A stretch of DNA of 64,000 bases from Rhodospirillaceae bacterium (GTDB lineage Bacteria; Pseudomonadota; Alphaproteobacteria; UBA7887). The stretch lies in assembly GCA_002728255.1 (NCBI GenBank), contig PBWV01000044.1, positions 17,927-81,926 on the forward strand, written 5' to 3'. Positions 30,828 to 39,958 of this stretch are shown here, in pieces. A program made the translations under genes and the position numbers. The notes beneath the pieces are model-generated. The model was not told the origin of the DNA, searched no databases, and worked only from the letters and a program-made list of their open reading frames with translations. Numbering within the stretch: the first letter of the stretch is position 1; each line of letters starts with the position of its first letter.

Positions 30828-31454
30828 TCATGATACAGGGGATATCGACTGACGTCTCTCCTTCGACAGAGAATTGTTGAAAGTCACTTTGCACTCGATC
30901 GTACAAAATTGCTTTGTACTTCTGCTTTGAGCCCGTCGCCTCCCTTTGCCACCCCCCTTGAAAAACAACACATTACACTGCTTGCATCGACCTACTTTCC
31001 TATCTCGTAGAGTTTGGCCCACCTGAAGCCATAGCCACGATGAAAAGTCTCTTGGCACACATCTAAATTCGAGTCCAGACTTATACGCGTTTGGCGAATA
31101 AGATGCCTCCACTCCCGATTGACGCGACCAACCTTCGGCATACTTTGTGGTAGCATGCTCAGCATCCCCTGAAGCGGAAATCGACAAAACAGCTCGGATG
31201 GAGGTCACTTCTTGCTCCCAGGTAGCGATAGATTCCGCCTGGTCCGACGGATCTTTGAGTAGTCCGAACCGCCCTGCAAACTCCAACACCTGTTCAGGCG
31301 TACAATCAAGATTCGCGAACTCTAAGCAAATCGACTCCGCAAATTCTTCCCGTAAACAGGCCAGAGCCTGGGCTTTGGTAGCACTATTCGCGTATAGCAC
31401 TCCATCCACACATCTATAACCAGAACCTGAAATCTGCCAAGTAAACCAGATCAT
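30828..31454 (-). CDS. Hypothetical protein with a C-terminal basic zinc-ribbon (CKQC...CTIEC).
   Basis: ORF only; no family recognised. Cys4 ribbon flanked by Lys/Arg. Confidence 0.4.
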   Translation of the reverse strand: MIWFTWQISGSGYRCVDGVLYANSATKAQALACLREEFAESICLEFANLDCTPEQVLEFAGRFGLLKDPSDQAESIATWEQEVTSIRAVLSISASGDAEHATTKYAEGWSRQSGVEASYSPNAYKSGLEFRCVPRDFSSWLWLQVGQTLRDRKVGRCKQCNVLFFKGGGKGRRRAQSRSTKQFCTIECKVTFNNSLSKERRQSISPVS

Positions 31455-31579
31455 TAGGGTCCACTCTATCTCCCTTTTACCGCACTCCCTTCTAGCATAC
31501 CTAAATCATACCCGTTAAACTACGTAAGCAAAGCTCCAATTATTTAGTGGGAGTACCATCAGCAATTAGGGAACCTATA

Positions 31580-32512
31580 ATGGCCCCATTTCAGACAATA
31601 TGCGAAGACCTCAAATTTCCAGAGGGCCCTATCGCCATGCCGGATGGGTCGATAATTTTAGTTGAAATAGCCCGGGGTACACTTACTCGCGTTCTTGCCA
31701 GTGGGGAAACAGAAGTCATTTGCGAAACCGGAGGAGGCCCCAATGGAGCCGCGATAGGCCCCGACGGCGCTTGTTATATCTGCAACAATGGAGGTTTCGA
31801 CTGGGACAACGACCCGAAAACTGGAACATTGAGACCCTTAAGCCAATCTAAAGACTACGTTACGGGCCGTATAGAGCGGGTTGACCTGGCGACTGGCAAA
31901 ATAGAACGTTTGTACGAAAAGTGTGGTGACCACAAACTCAACGGCCCGAATGATCTAGTCTTTGATAGAAAAGGGAACATGTGGTTCACAGATCTTGGCA
32001 AAACCAGGTTACGGGATAGGGATCATGGAGCAGTGTATTGGGCCCGCCCAGACGGATCTGAGATCAGGGAGGTTATCCAGCCCATCACCACACCAAATGG
32101 CATTGGCCTCTCACCAGACGAAAAAACCTTATTCGTCGCGGAAACAGAGGGGGCGAGATTGTATGGATTCCCCATAATAACAGACGGCAAAGTTGAAAAA
32201 TTGCCTTTTCCTGGATCATTAAATGGAGGAAAACTAATAACTTGTGATGGAGGACTGAGACGATTTGATTCCCTGGCACTCGAAGCTAACGGAAACATAT
32301 GTGTGGCTACTCTTGTTACAGGCGGAATAACGGTAGCAAACTCCAACGGAGGGACAGAGGAATTCGTCCCAACCAATGACCCATTTACCACCAATATCTG
32401 CTTTGGTGGACCTAAATTAGAGACGGCCTTCATAACACTTTCATGGCACGGACTATTAGCCAAGGTTAATTGGCCACGCGCAGGCCTTCCTTTAAATTTC
32501 TTAAATACTTGA
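31580..32512 (+). CDS. SMP-30/gluconolactonase/LRE family beta-propeller protein.
   Basis: Repeated GPNDLVFD/GNMWFTD blade motifs. The ORF begins at 31547; an internal Met is used here. Confidence 0.65.
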   Translation: MAPFQTICEDLKFPEGPIAMPDGSIILVEIARGTLTRVLASGETEVICETGGGPNGAAIGPDGACYICNNGGFDWDNDPKTGTLRPLSQSKDYVTGRIERVDLATGKIERLYEKCGDHKLNGPNDLVFDRKGNMWFTDLGKTRLRDRDHGAVYWARPDGSEIREVIQPITTPNGIGLSPDEKTLFVAETEGARLYGFPIITDGKVEKLPFPGSLNGGKLITCDGGLRRFDSLALEANGNICVATLVTGGITVANSNGGTEEFVPTNDPFTTNICFGGPKLETAFITLSWHGLLAKVNWPRAGLPLNFLNT

Positions 32513-32632
32513 GCCCGTCGGCCCCATTTTATTCGGGTTGAAGCGTCTATTCATTGACCCCTGAAACTCACAACTTGCACTTTTTGAAGGCGCTTGTTGT
32601 TATTTGACTGGCGCTCACCGGAACCTCGTTTT

Positions 32633-33469
32633 TTAATTCTCGAAAACAGCTACCAACCTAGTCTCGATACTTCTACGAGGAAGTGGTCCTCCCACGTTTT
32701 CTGGGTAGTCAAAGGAGGTATGCGGACAATACACTGATCGGTCTGGTCGCGAATCGAGCTGCTTCATAATCAACACCTCATCAGTTGACATATTAGCAAA
32801 ATAACAAAACTGGTGAGAAGCACTATATACTGGCGCAGCCACCAAACTCCCTTCTTCACTCCTTCCAGTGTAATAATAATCAATGACGTCTTCCTCGGGT
32901 AAAGACTCCCAGTCTATAAATGCCAATGGATTATTTTCGACAAGATTATCAAACGGCTGCCAGGTGTTAAAAAAAGCAAACTTCCAATTTTTCTGTATCT
33001 CCACTCCATACCGACCGAGCACATCCGCTGCTAATTTACCAAGCGTTCTTACATTGTAGTCACAGTGCACAAACCGAGCGTACCCATCATTAAAATCTAC
33101 AGGAGTTTCAGTCCGCACTAAATGATTCAGTACATACGCAGACTGTGCACCAGTCACACGACAAATGAGATTCTTCATCTCGTCATGGTAAACCCTAGAG
33201 ACTTCTTCATTATCCCTAAAGTTCTTTACCATACTTACATTGCCATCCATCGTGAAACCCGATTTATCCAAATTAGCCCCACCTGAGGCCACACGATTTC
33301 TCACATCAGTAATCTCAACATCATGAAAGGAGGTAGCGGCCCTGCGGCTCTCTCGAGATCCTATCCGAGGAGCCTCTCCCCGCTCTTTCCATACTGGGTC
33401 AACGTACCGTACTTTAGCTACGATCCTATCTCTTCCGCGAGAACCCATTCTCTCTGACATTCCGCTCAC
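32633..33469 (-). CDS. Hypothetical protein, possibly a CmcJ/NvfI-like non-heme Fe(II)/2OG oxygenase.
   Basis: A candidate HxD...H facial triad (FVHCDYN ... YCPHTSF) in a ~280-aa protein. Family assignment is tentative. Confidence 0.4.
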   Translation of the reverse strand: MSGMSERMGSRGRDRIVAKVRYVDPVWKERGEAPRIGSRESRRAATSFHDVEITDVRNRVASGGANLDKSGFTMDGNVSMVKNFRDNEEVSRVYHDEMKNLICRVTGAQSAYVLNHLVRTETPVDFNDGYARFVHCDYNVRTLGKLAADVLGRYGVEIQKNWKFAFFNTWQPFDNLVENNPLAFIDWESLPEEDVIDYYYTGRSEEGSLVAAPVYSASHQFCYFANMSTDEVLIMKQLDSRPDRSVYCPHTSFDYPENVGGPLPRRSIETRLVAVFEN

Positions 33470-33979
33470 ACCTACTAAACCCCCGCTTCCTGTTCAGATT
33501 CTTGTAATTCCTTGAGGAGCTTTTTCCAAGAACGTGGAGGTAACAAACAAATGTTATCATCTCTAACAAAGGCGCACTTTTTCCTCGTAGAATTGTTACG
33601 ACAGGTGTTAGGATTGGAGTGCCGGCAACCCAGCGTTTGCTCCTCGGTATCATGTTCGGTTAGCGGTCTTCTTTGATCAACTTTCACTATTTATCTTCCA
33701 CTTTTTACACTGCTCAGTGAGTATAGCAGAAAATCAATGTTACTGTAATTCAATCGTAGCATGATTAACTCCTGTTTCCTCACCTCAATTGCCGATTTTC
33801 CGAGTTGGAATATGCCAGCCAAACTGGCCACCTTCAACAAAAGCTATGGCAATATATAGCTCTATTTGTACGGGTTGTAACCACCCTTTTCCGCCACTTA
33901 GAAACTAATAGCCGTTTCCGAACCTATATGTTTTGAACAATTTCCCCGGAAGAAGGGTTCCTGACTACTTCTTCCACTA

Positions 33980-34507
33980 CTACTGACCTAGCTGTTTCCT
34001 AATATCTTGAACTCTCCGATCCGCTTCCATGTGGCTCAACGCTTCACAACGTAGCTTTGGTCCTGAGTTAACCCATGACACCCCGTCCGCCGCTCGCAAC
34101 GCATAAGTGCTCGTCCAAGCAAACCTATTAAGGGTGTGCCGCCGTATTGTAGCTGGGGACTCCGCTACTCCAGTCCGCTCCTCGATTGGCACATAGGCAT
34201 TCTCAAGCCATATATAATGCCGTCCTGTTTCTTTGTACTCCGGTAACACGCTAGATTGTTTGAAACCTCCGGGCCCACCGATGTAAACCTCGAGGGCCTC
34301 ATCATGGAACTTGAACAACACCCCCCGAACTGCTTGGCCCGAAGAAACCGCCGGAATATTATCGAGGTTCTCCTCCCCATCGACGCATACAATTGCCTTG
34401 CCCCTTAACGCAAAACGCTCCTGCGCCTCCGCCCCAAGGCCTCCCAATAACAAGAGTAGGGCAAGCGCAGTGAGAATTCCCTTGTTTATCATTTGCCACC
34501 TTTTCAA
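33980..34507 (-). CDS. Secreted hypothetical protein.
   Basis: Signal peptide (ILTALALLLLLGGLGAEA); no recognisable domain. Confidence 0.45.
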   Translation of the reverse strand: MKRWQMINKGILTALALLLLLGGLGAEAQERFALRGKAIVCVDGEENLDNIPAVSSGQAVRGVLFKFHDEALEVYIGGPGGFKQSSVLPEYKETGRHYIWLENAYVPIEERTGVAESPATIRRHTLNRFAWTSTYALRAADGVSWVNSGPKLRCEALSHMEADRRVQDIRKQLGQ

Positions 34508-34953
34508 AACTGCAAACAGAGGCTATGCCTCAGGAAACAATCCTCAAGCAACTTCTCCCAACTTAATCTATGGATCCAAGAAATGTCCAGAAGAGAAATT
34601 AGCAACCCCAAGATTCTCACAAAATAAATTCCCAAATGAAGGGGTTTCCAGTTCTGTTGTTGGCCCCTCTCAGGTTCCATAAACATCTAATGCCATCTAA
34701 ACCCCGAATCCCAGCCAAGGAAAAATGTTCAGACCTCTTTGGGAAAAGAAATTCAACCCGAACTATTGGGCAGGTGGCCGATTTGCTCTACAACCCGAGT
34801 ATCCACCTCCAGGCCCAACCCATTATCCCTATCAAGAAACAAATTAGTGCAAACCACAAATAAGTGTTTCCAAAAAACTTCGCCATATACAACCCTTCAG
34901 GATCGTCTTGCCCGTTCTGCGATTCACAAGTTGGAAAGCACAAAACGGGACTA

Positions 34954-34991
34954 AAAGTGTCAAACTTTTCTATAAAAAGTGTCAAACTTTT
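34954..34991. repeat. Tandem 16-bp direct repeat AAAGTGTCAAACTTTT, two copies with a 22-bp period. Each copy is internally palindromic and carries TTGACA on the minus strand.
   Basis: Read directly: ...ctAAAGTGTCAAACTTTTctataaAAAGTGTCAAACTTTTaccc, lying 50 bp downstream of the tRNA-Phe 3' end. Confidence 0.7.
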
Positions 34992-35040
34992 ACCCTGCCC
35001 CATTTGGACATCTCGTAAGTAACTGTTATTTATCGGAAAA

Positions 35041-35116
<76 letters not shown>

Positions 35117-35177
35117 CAACTCCGATCAAGCCTTATAATCAATGGTTAAAGCGCTGTCTAGGTAGACATAACCAACA

Positions 35178-35987
35178 CTACCCAATTTGGGCGGTTAAAC
35201 CGCCATCAATAACCAACTGAATTCCATTAATATATTTAGCTTCGTCAGACGCTAAAAATAGCGCCCCATACGCCACATCCCATGCATCACCCATACGCCC
35301 ACTCGGACACATCTGATGCCGTTTTTCTAACATTTTTTGGGAATCACCATAATGGCTTGGTAAATCCGCCCTGATCATGGGAGTATCCATAAGACCCGGT
35401 AGTATCGCATTGCATCGTATCCCCTGCCTCGCGTGCTCTACTGCTATGCTCTGGGTCAGTTGCACAATAGCCGCCTTACTAGCGCCATACGCGACATACG
35501 GGATACCAGTGTATCGAATGGCGGCTATACTTGAGACATTTATTATTGCACCCCTGCCCAAACCAATCATTACCGGCAATACCTCCTTGGTCGTGAGATA
35601 CATACTCTTGGTATTTACTGCAAAGACATGATCCCAGTCCTTTTCCTCCAGTTCAGTGGGACCGCCAAGCCTACCAATGATTCCCACATTATTATGAAGG
35701 ACATCGATACGACCATACTTTTGAACCGCAGTCTCTACTAGGTTCTGCACCGCCTTCCCAACCGTTACATCCACCTTAAGGGCAATGCACTCACCACCCT
35801 CTTTCACAATTAGATCCCGGGTCTCCTCAGCCGCCTCCTTACGAATATCGGATGCGATAACTTTAGCACCCTCCCTAGCAAATAATACAGCAGCAGCTTT
35901 GCCGTTGCCCCATCCAGGCCCAATCGAACCCGCCCCAGTAACTACCACAACTCTTCCTTCCAATCTGCCCGGCAAATGAACCTCCAA
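35178..35987 (-). CDS. SDR family oxidoreductase (classical short-chain dehydrogenase).
   Basis: VVVVTGAGSIGPGWG NAD(P)-binding motif; YGASK catalytic motif. Confidence 0.8.
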   Translation of the reverse strand: MEVHLPGRLEGRVVVVTGAGSIGPGWGNGKAAAVLFAREGAKVIASDIRKEAAEETRDLIVKEGGECIALKVDVTVGKAVQNLVETAVQKYGRIDVLHNNVGIIGRLGGPTELEEKDWDHVFAVNTKSMYLTTKEVLPVMIGLGRGAIINVSSIAAIRYTGIPYVAYGASKAAIVQLTQSIAVEHARQGIRCNAILPGLMDTPMIRADLPSHYGDSQKMLEKRHQMCPSGRMGDAWDVAYGALFLASDEAKYINGIQLVIDGGLTAQIG

Positions 35988-36057
35988 TTATCACAAACTC
36001 TTGAGCTTCCCGTTACTTAAACATAACATGGACGATCAATTATGGAGAAACAAGAAA

Positions 36058-36858
36058 ATGGAATGGAGTCCAACTCAGATAAAGAGTTTTGAACAGGATG
36101 GATATTTGTTCATTCCCGATCTTTTTACTGAAGACGAAATCGAAACATTACGGTCCGATTTGCCTCGGATCTTCTCCCTTGATAGAGATGAAATCGAACG
36201 GGATGCTGATACCAATGAAGCTAGGTTAGCTCTCGCCATACACAAATACAGTGAGATTTTTGCCACCATGTTACGGCACCCACGTCTACTCAACCCTGCA
36301 CAGAAAATTCTTGGAGGAGAAGTTTACTGTCACCAATACAAAATAGTAACGAAAGAACCTTTTGGCCAACTAACCTTTCCGTGGCATCAAGATTTTGCAT
36401 CTTGGAGCGCCCATGATGGAATGCCTAAGCCACTAGCTATGAATTTTGCAGTATTTCTTGACGACGTAACGGAGTTTAATGGTCCAATCACGTTCATTCC
36501 CGGCTCCCATCGCCAGGGGAAACTGAGCTCACAAGCAGAGGCCCTTCCGGGAATTACCCCTCTATATACGATGGGAAGCGACTTAGTCTCCCAGCTTATA
36601 TCAGAAAACGGGATTGTTGCACCAAAAGGCAAGGCCGGCTCAGCCTTATTTTTCCATTCTTGTCTCGCGCACACTTCGTCTCCGAATATTTCACCTTGGC
36701 CAAGAAATATAGTTTACCTAACATGTAATCGGACAGATAATTTTATACGGAAACCTACTCGTCCATATTATTATGCGGACACTGATTTCTCACCACTCTC
36801 AGCTCTATCGGACGATTGCTTAAGCACTATAACAAACTCAACAAAAACCTATGCATAA
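36058..36858 (+). CDS. Phytanoyl-CoA dioxygenase (PhyH) family Fe(II)/2OG oxygenase with an EctD-like signature.
   Basis: FPWHQDFASWSAHDGMP resembles the EctD/PhyH F-x-WHxDF-x-x-W-x-x-DG-M/L-P signature. The ORF extends upstream to 36001. Confidence 0.65.
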   Translation: MEWSPTQIKSFEQDGYLFIPDLFTEDEIETLRSDLPRIFSLDRDEIERDADTNEARLALAIHKYSEIFATMLRHPRLLNPAQKILGGEVYCHQYKIVTKEPFGQLTFPWHQDFASWSAHDGMPKPLAMNFAVFLDDVTEFNGPITFIPGSHRQGKLSSQAEALPGITPLYTMGSDLVSQLISENGIVAPKGKAGSALFFHSCLAHTSSPNISPWPRNIVYLTCNRTDNFIRKPTRPYYYADTDFSPLSALSDDCLSTITNSTKTYA

Positions 36859-36899
36859 AATTAACCCCTAGATATTTAGTAATTTCGTGGACCTTAAAT

Positions 36900-37454
36900 A
36901 TGGAACGACTATCACCACTCACTGATGACCAAATGAACGAGCGACAGCAGGCCATTTTGGAGGATATTCGCTCGGGCCCGCGGGGACCTTCTGCCCATGG
37001 CCCGTTTCTGGCCTGGCTACAAAGCCCAGACCTTGCAGACCGCGCCCAAAAACTTGGTGAATATTTACGTTTTGAAGCTAAAATGGAAAAACGCCTAGCG
37101 GAATTAGCAATTCTCACGGTAGCACGAAAATGGACTGCCCAATTTGAATGGTATGCCCATAAAAAATTTGCAATAGCGGCAGGGCTATCTGAGGACGTGA
37201 TAGATTCTATAGAACAACGAGAGCCGCCACACTTTGTTAATGAGGACGAAAAAGCCATATACAACTTTTCCATAGAACTGCAAGAGAGCCACTCAGTTGA
37301 TGATGTAACTTTTGATGAAGCGATTCGCCATATTGGCCGTACTGGAGTTACTGACCTAGTAGGCCTATTGGGCTATTACACCCTTGTATCCATGACCTTG
37401 AATGTGTACCAAATTCCATTACCAAATTCCGAGCCCCCTCCGCTTGACCCGTAA
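36900..37454 (+). CDS. Carboxymuconolactone decarboxylase (AhpD-like) family protein.
   Basis: CMD-fold helical repeats (LAILTVARKWTAQFEWYAHKK...). Start taken at MERLSP. Confidence 0.55.
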   Translation: MERLSPLTDDQMNERQQAILEDIRSGPRGPSAHGPFLAWLQSPDLADRAQKLGEYLRFEAKMEKRLAELAILTVARKWTAQFEWYAHKKFAIAAGLSEDVIDSIEQREPPHFVNEDEKAIYNFSIELQESHSVDDVTFDEAIRHIGRTGVTDLVGLLGYYTLVSMTLNVYQIPLPNSEPPPLDP

Positions 37455-37508
37455 GTCACTAGTACAAAAGCAGATATTTGAGAAACCCCACTTATACAGG
37501 AGCATAGT

Positions 37509-38504
37509 ATGAACATTGACAGCCTGAACGATATAGCTTCGGCAATAGTCTCTCCGGGAAAGGGCATTCTAGCTGCAGATGAGAGTAGCCCTACTATAAA
37601 AAAACGCTTCGATAGCATTGGGGTTGAGTCAACAGAGGAGAATCGGAAAAATTACAGAAATATGCTTTTCACTACTGAAGGCGTGAATAAGTATATCAGT
37701 GGCGTAATCCTATTTGATGAAACTATCCGCCAACAATCGCCAAACGGTGTACCGATGGTGGAAGTATTAAACGAAGCGGGAATGATCCCTGGAATCAAAG
37801 TGGATAAGGGGGCCAAGGCTCTCGCAAATACTTCTTCGGAAACAGTCACGGAAGGACTGGACGGACTAAGAGAACGCTGCCAAGAGTATGTGTCATTGGG
37901 TGCTAAGTTTGCTAAGTGGCGAGCCGTGATAAAAATTGGATCCAACACTCCTTCTGATTTATGTTTAGCAACAAATGTCCACGCTTTAGCTCGTTACGCG
38001 GCGTTGTGTCAGGAGACAGGTTTAGTACCAATCGTTGAACCAGAGGTTTTAATGGATGGAACACATGATATCGATCAATGTGAATCAATAACGGAAAATA
38101 CTCTCAAAGCTTTATACCATGAGCTTCACCGACAACGTGTTGTTTTAGAAGGAACTCTACTAAAGCCTAACATGGTAATCTCGGGCTCCGAATGCCCACA
38201 GCAAGCCAACGTAGAGGAAGTTGCACAGAGAACGGTGGCCTGCCTAAAACGTTCTGTTCCAGCCGCTGTACCAGGAATCGTCTTCTTATCAGGGGGACAA
38301 TCGGACGACGTAGCAACGTTGCACCTCAATTCGATGAATGCAAATACCAATGACCTCCCCTGGAAGTTATCATTTTCTTATGGCCGCGCTCTCCAAGCGG
38401 CTCCACTAAAGGCATGGGCAGGAAGCAATATTGACAAAGGAAAAGAGGCTTTCATGATGCGCGCAAAGGCTAACGGGGAAGCATGTCTCGGCAAGTTTAA
38501 GTGA
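37509..38504 (+). CDS. fba: Fructose-bisphosphate aldolase, class I.
   Basis: GKGILAADESSPTIKKRF and the Schiff-base lysine region; 331 aa. Confidence 0.85.
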   Translation: MNIDSLNDIASAIVSPGKGILAADESSPTIKKRFDSIGVESTEENRKNYRNMLFTTEGVNKYISGVILFDETIRQQSPNGVPMVEVLNEAGMIPGIKVDKGAKALANTSSETVTEGLDGLRERCQEYVSLGAKFAKWRAVIKIGSNTPSDLCLATNVHALARYAALCQETGLVPIVEPEVLMDGTHDIDQCESITENTLKALYHELHRQRVVLEGTLLKPNMVISGSECPQQANVEEVAQRTVACLKRSVPAAVPGIVFLSGGQSDDVATLHLNSMNANTNDLPWKLSFSYGRALQAAPLKAWAGSNIDKGKEAFMMRAKANGEACLGKFK

Positions 38505-38509
38505 ACTGC

Positions 38510-39301
38510 TTAAAACTGATATAATAAAGAGATTATAATCTTTTGATCAAAATCTCTATCCCTAGTAATAGGTGCACTCATCCCAATTCCCACCTCCAAA
38601 GGAACTCCTTTTATTGGTGAACCAATGAACCCCCAAGAGGCGTTGATCACACTTTCGTTATCATCGCCAATGACAACCAGCTCACCATCTAACTCAAAAA
38701 TACCCCTCAATCGAGGTTGAAGCCAATAAGCCATTGCAAGGTTATATTCCAAACCAAGATCCTTTTCCGCCTCTGTTAGGGCATCTTCATTGAAGGGAAA
38801 CTCTAATCCGAAAAACCCAATGTATTCGAAGGGCCCATCGATAAAGCCACCATCTAAAAATGGTTTTACAATTATTTCATTGTTACTACCTATATCCTTC
38901 CCATCATCCCCAGTCGGCAACTCCAACTCTAGCCCTCCACCTAACAACGAAGTAGTACTTACCCCTCTAGCGAGCTTCAAAGCAATTTCGGCTACGTCCA
39001 GGTTATCTTGAGAACCACTTCCATCTGATGGATCACGGAACTTGTAAGGTATGTCAACTTCAATGCTAACCCCAGGCATGATAGCAAACTCGCCCTCTGG
39101 ATTAATTTCCAGCTCATCAGCACTGCTTGTCTCTGTTACTATGTATTCGAACCGAAACTCGGTATCTGGTGTCGGCGACTCGGCAACTAGTGGATGCGCA
39201 AGATCCGGGATGCCATCATCATCTGCCCAGCCAACCTTACTAGCTAAAGCGCACATAGCCACTACACATAGCAATAGAACCGGGATAACTCTATCTGCCA
39301 T
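38510..39301 (-). CDS. Putative outer-membrane beta-barrel protein (hypothetical), the last gene of the sorAB operon.
   Basis: Signal peptide, alternating amphipathic strands, C-terminal ...LLYQF (terminal Phe). Confidence 0.45.
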   Translation of the reverse strand: MADRVIPVLLLCVVAMCALASKVGWADDDGIPDLAHPLVAESPTPDTEFRFEYIVTETSSADELEINPEGEFAIMPGVSIEVDIPYKFRDPSDGSGSQDNLDVAEIALKLARGVSTTSLLGGGLELELPTGDDGKDIGSNNEIIVKPFLDGGFIDGPFEYIGFFGLEFPFNEDALTEAEKDLGLEYNLAMAYWLQPRLRGIFELDGELVVIGDDNESVINASWGFIGSPIKGVPLEVGIGMSAPITRDRDFDQKIIISLLYQF

Positions 39302-39403
39302 GCTTTTACTACCGCTTATGTTCTTAAATATTGTACCGATACTGTCCAACATGCCCTTCTCCCTCAATACACTTTAACCACGCACTTGGTAGCTCCCACA
39401 ACA

Positions 39404-39958
39404 TCACTTCCGGTCTTCTTCTGGCCAAAACATCACAAAGCCGTCACGGTTCGGCATTCTTACCATAGGCAAAGTAACAGCATTCATTACATCTACCTCG
39501 CCAATAATACCATTCTGAGCCAAAATATAAGCTGTAACCGCATATACCTCCGAATTACTCAGAGAAGCCGGTGCGTCATAGGGCATAGCTCTCCGTATAT
39601 AGTCAAAAATAGTCGTCGCGTAAGGCCAGTAACTCCCCACAGTTTTCAACGGCTCATCGGTGGCAAGAGATCCAATTCCTCCAACAAGAGGGTCAGCCAA
39701 TCCCAAACCCCCAGCCCCTCTTTGCCCATGGCAGTGCAGGCATCGATCCGTGAAAACTGTGAACCCCAACCGAGAATCGCCTTCACCATTGGGTAAACCG
39801 CTCCCCTCTGGACCAATGCTTATATCCCAGCCAGAAAGCGCCCCAGGTTCAACTGAAACCCCCAGTTTGGGCCCCTGTAATTCTCCCCCTAATGCAAAAC
39901 CTGAGAATGCAAACCCTGCAAAGAATACAAGCACCCGAAACGTCTTATATAAAAACAT
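39404..39958 (-). CDS. sorB: Mono-heme c-type cytochrome, the SorB-like subunit of sulfite:cytochrome c oxidoreductase.
   Basis: Signal peptide; single CLHCHG heme-binding site. Overlaps the 3' end of sorA by 14 nt. Confidence 0.7.
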   Translation of the reverse strand: MFLYKTFRVLVFFAGFAFSGFALGGELQGPKLGVSVEPGALSGWDISIGPEGSGLPNGEGDSRLGFTVFTDRCLHCHGQRGAGGLGLADPLVGGIGSLATDEPLKTVGSYWPYATTIFDYIRRAMPYDAPASLSNSEVYAVTAYILAQNGIIGEVDVMNAVTLPMVRMPNRDGFVMFWPEEDRK

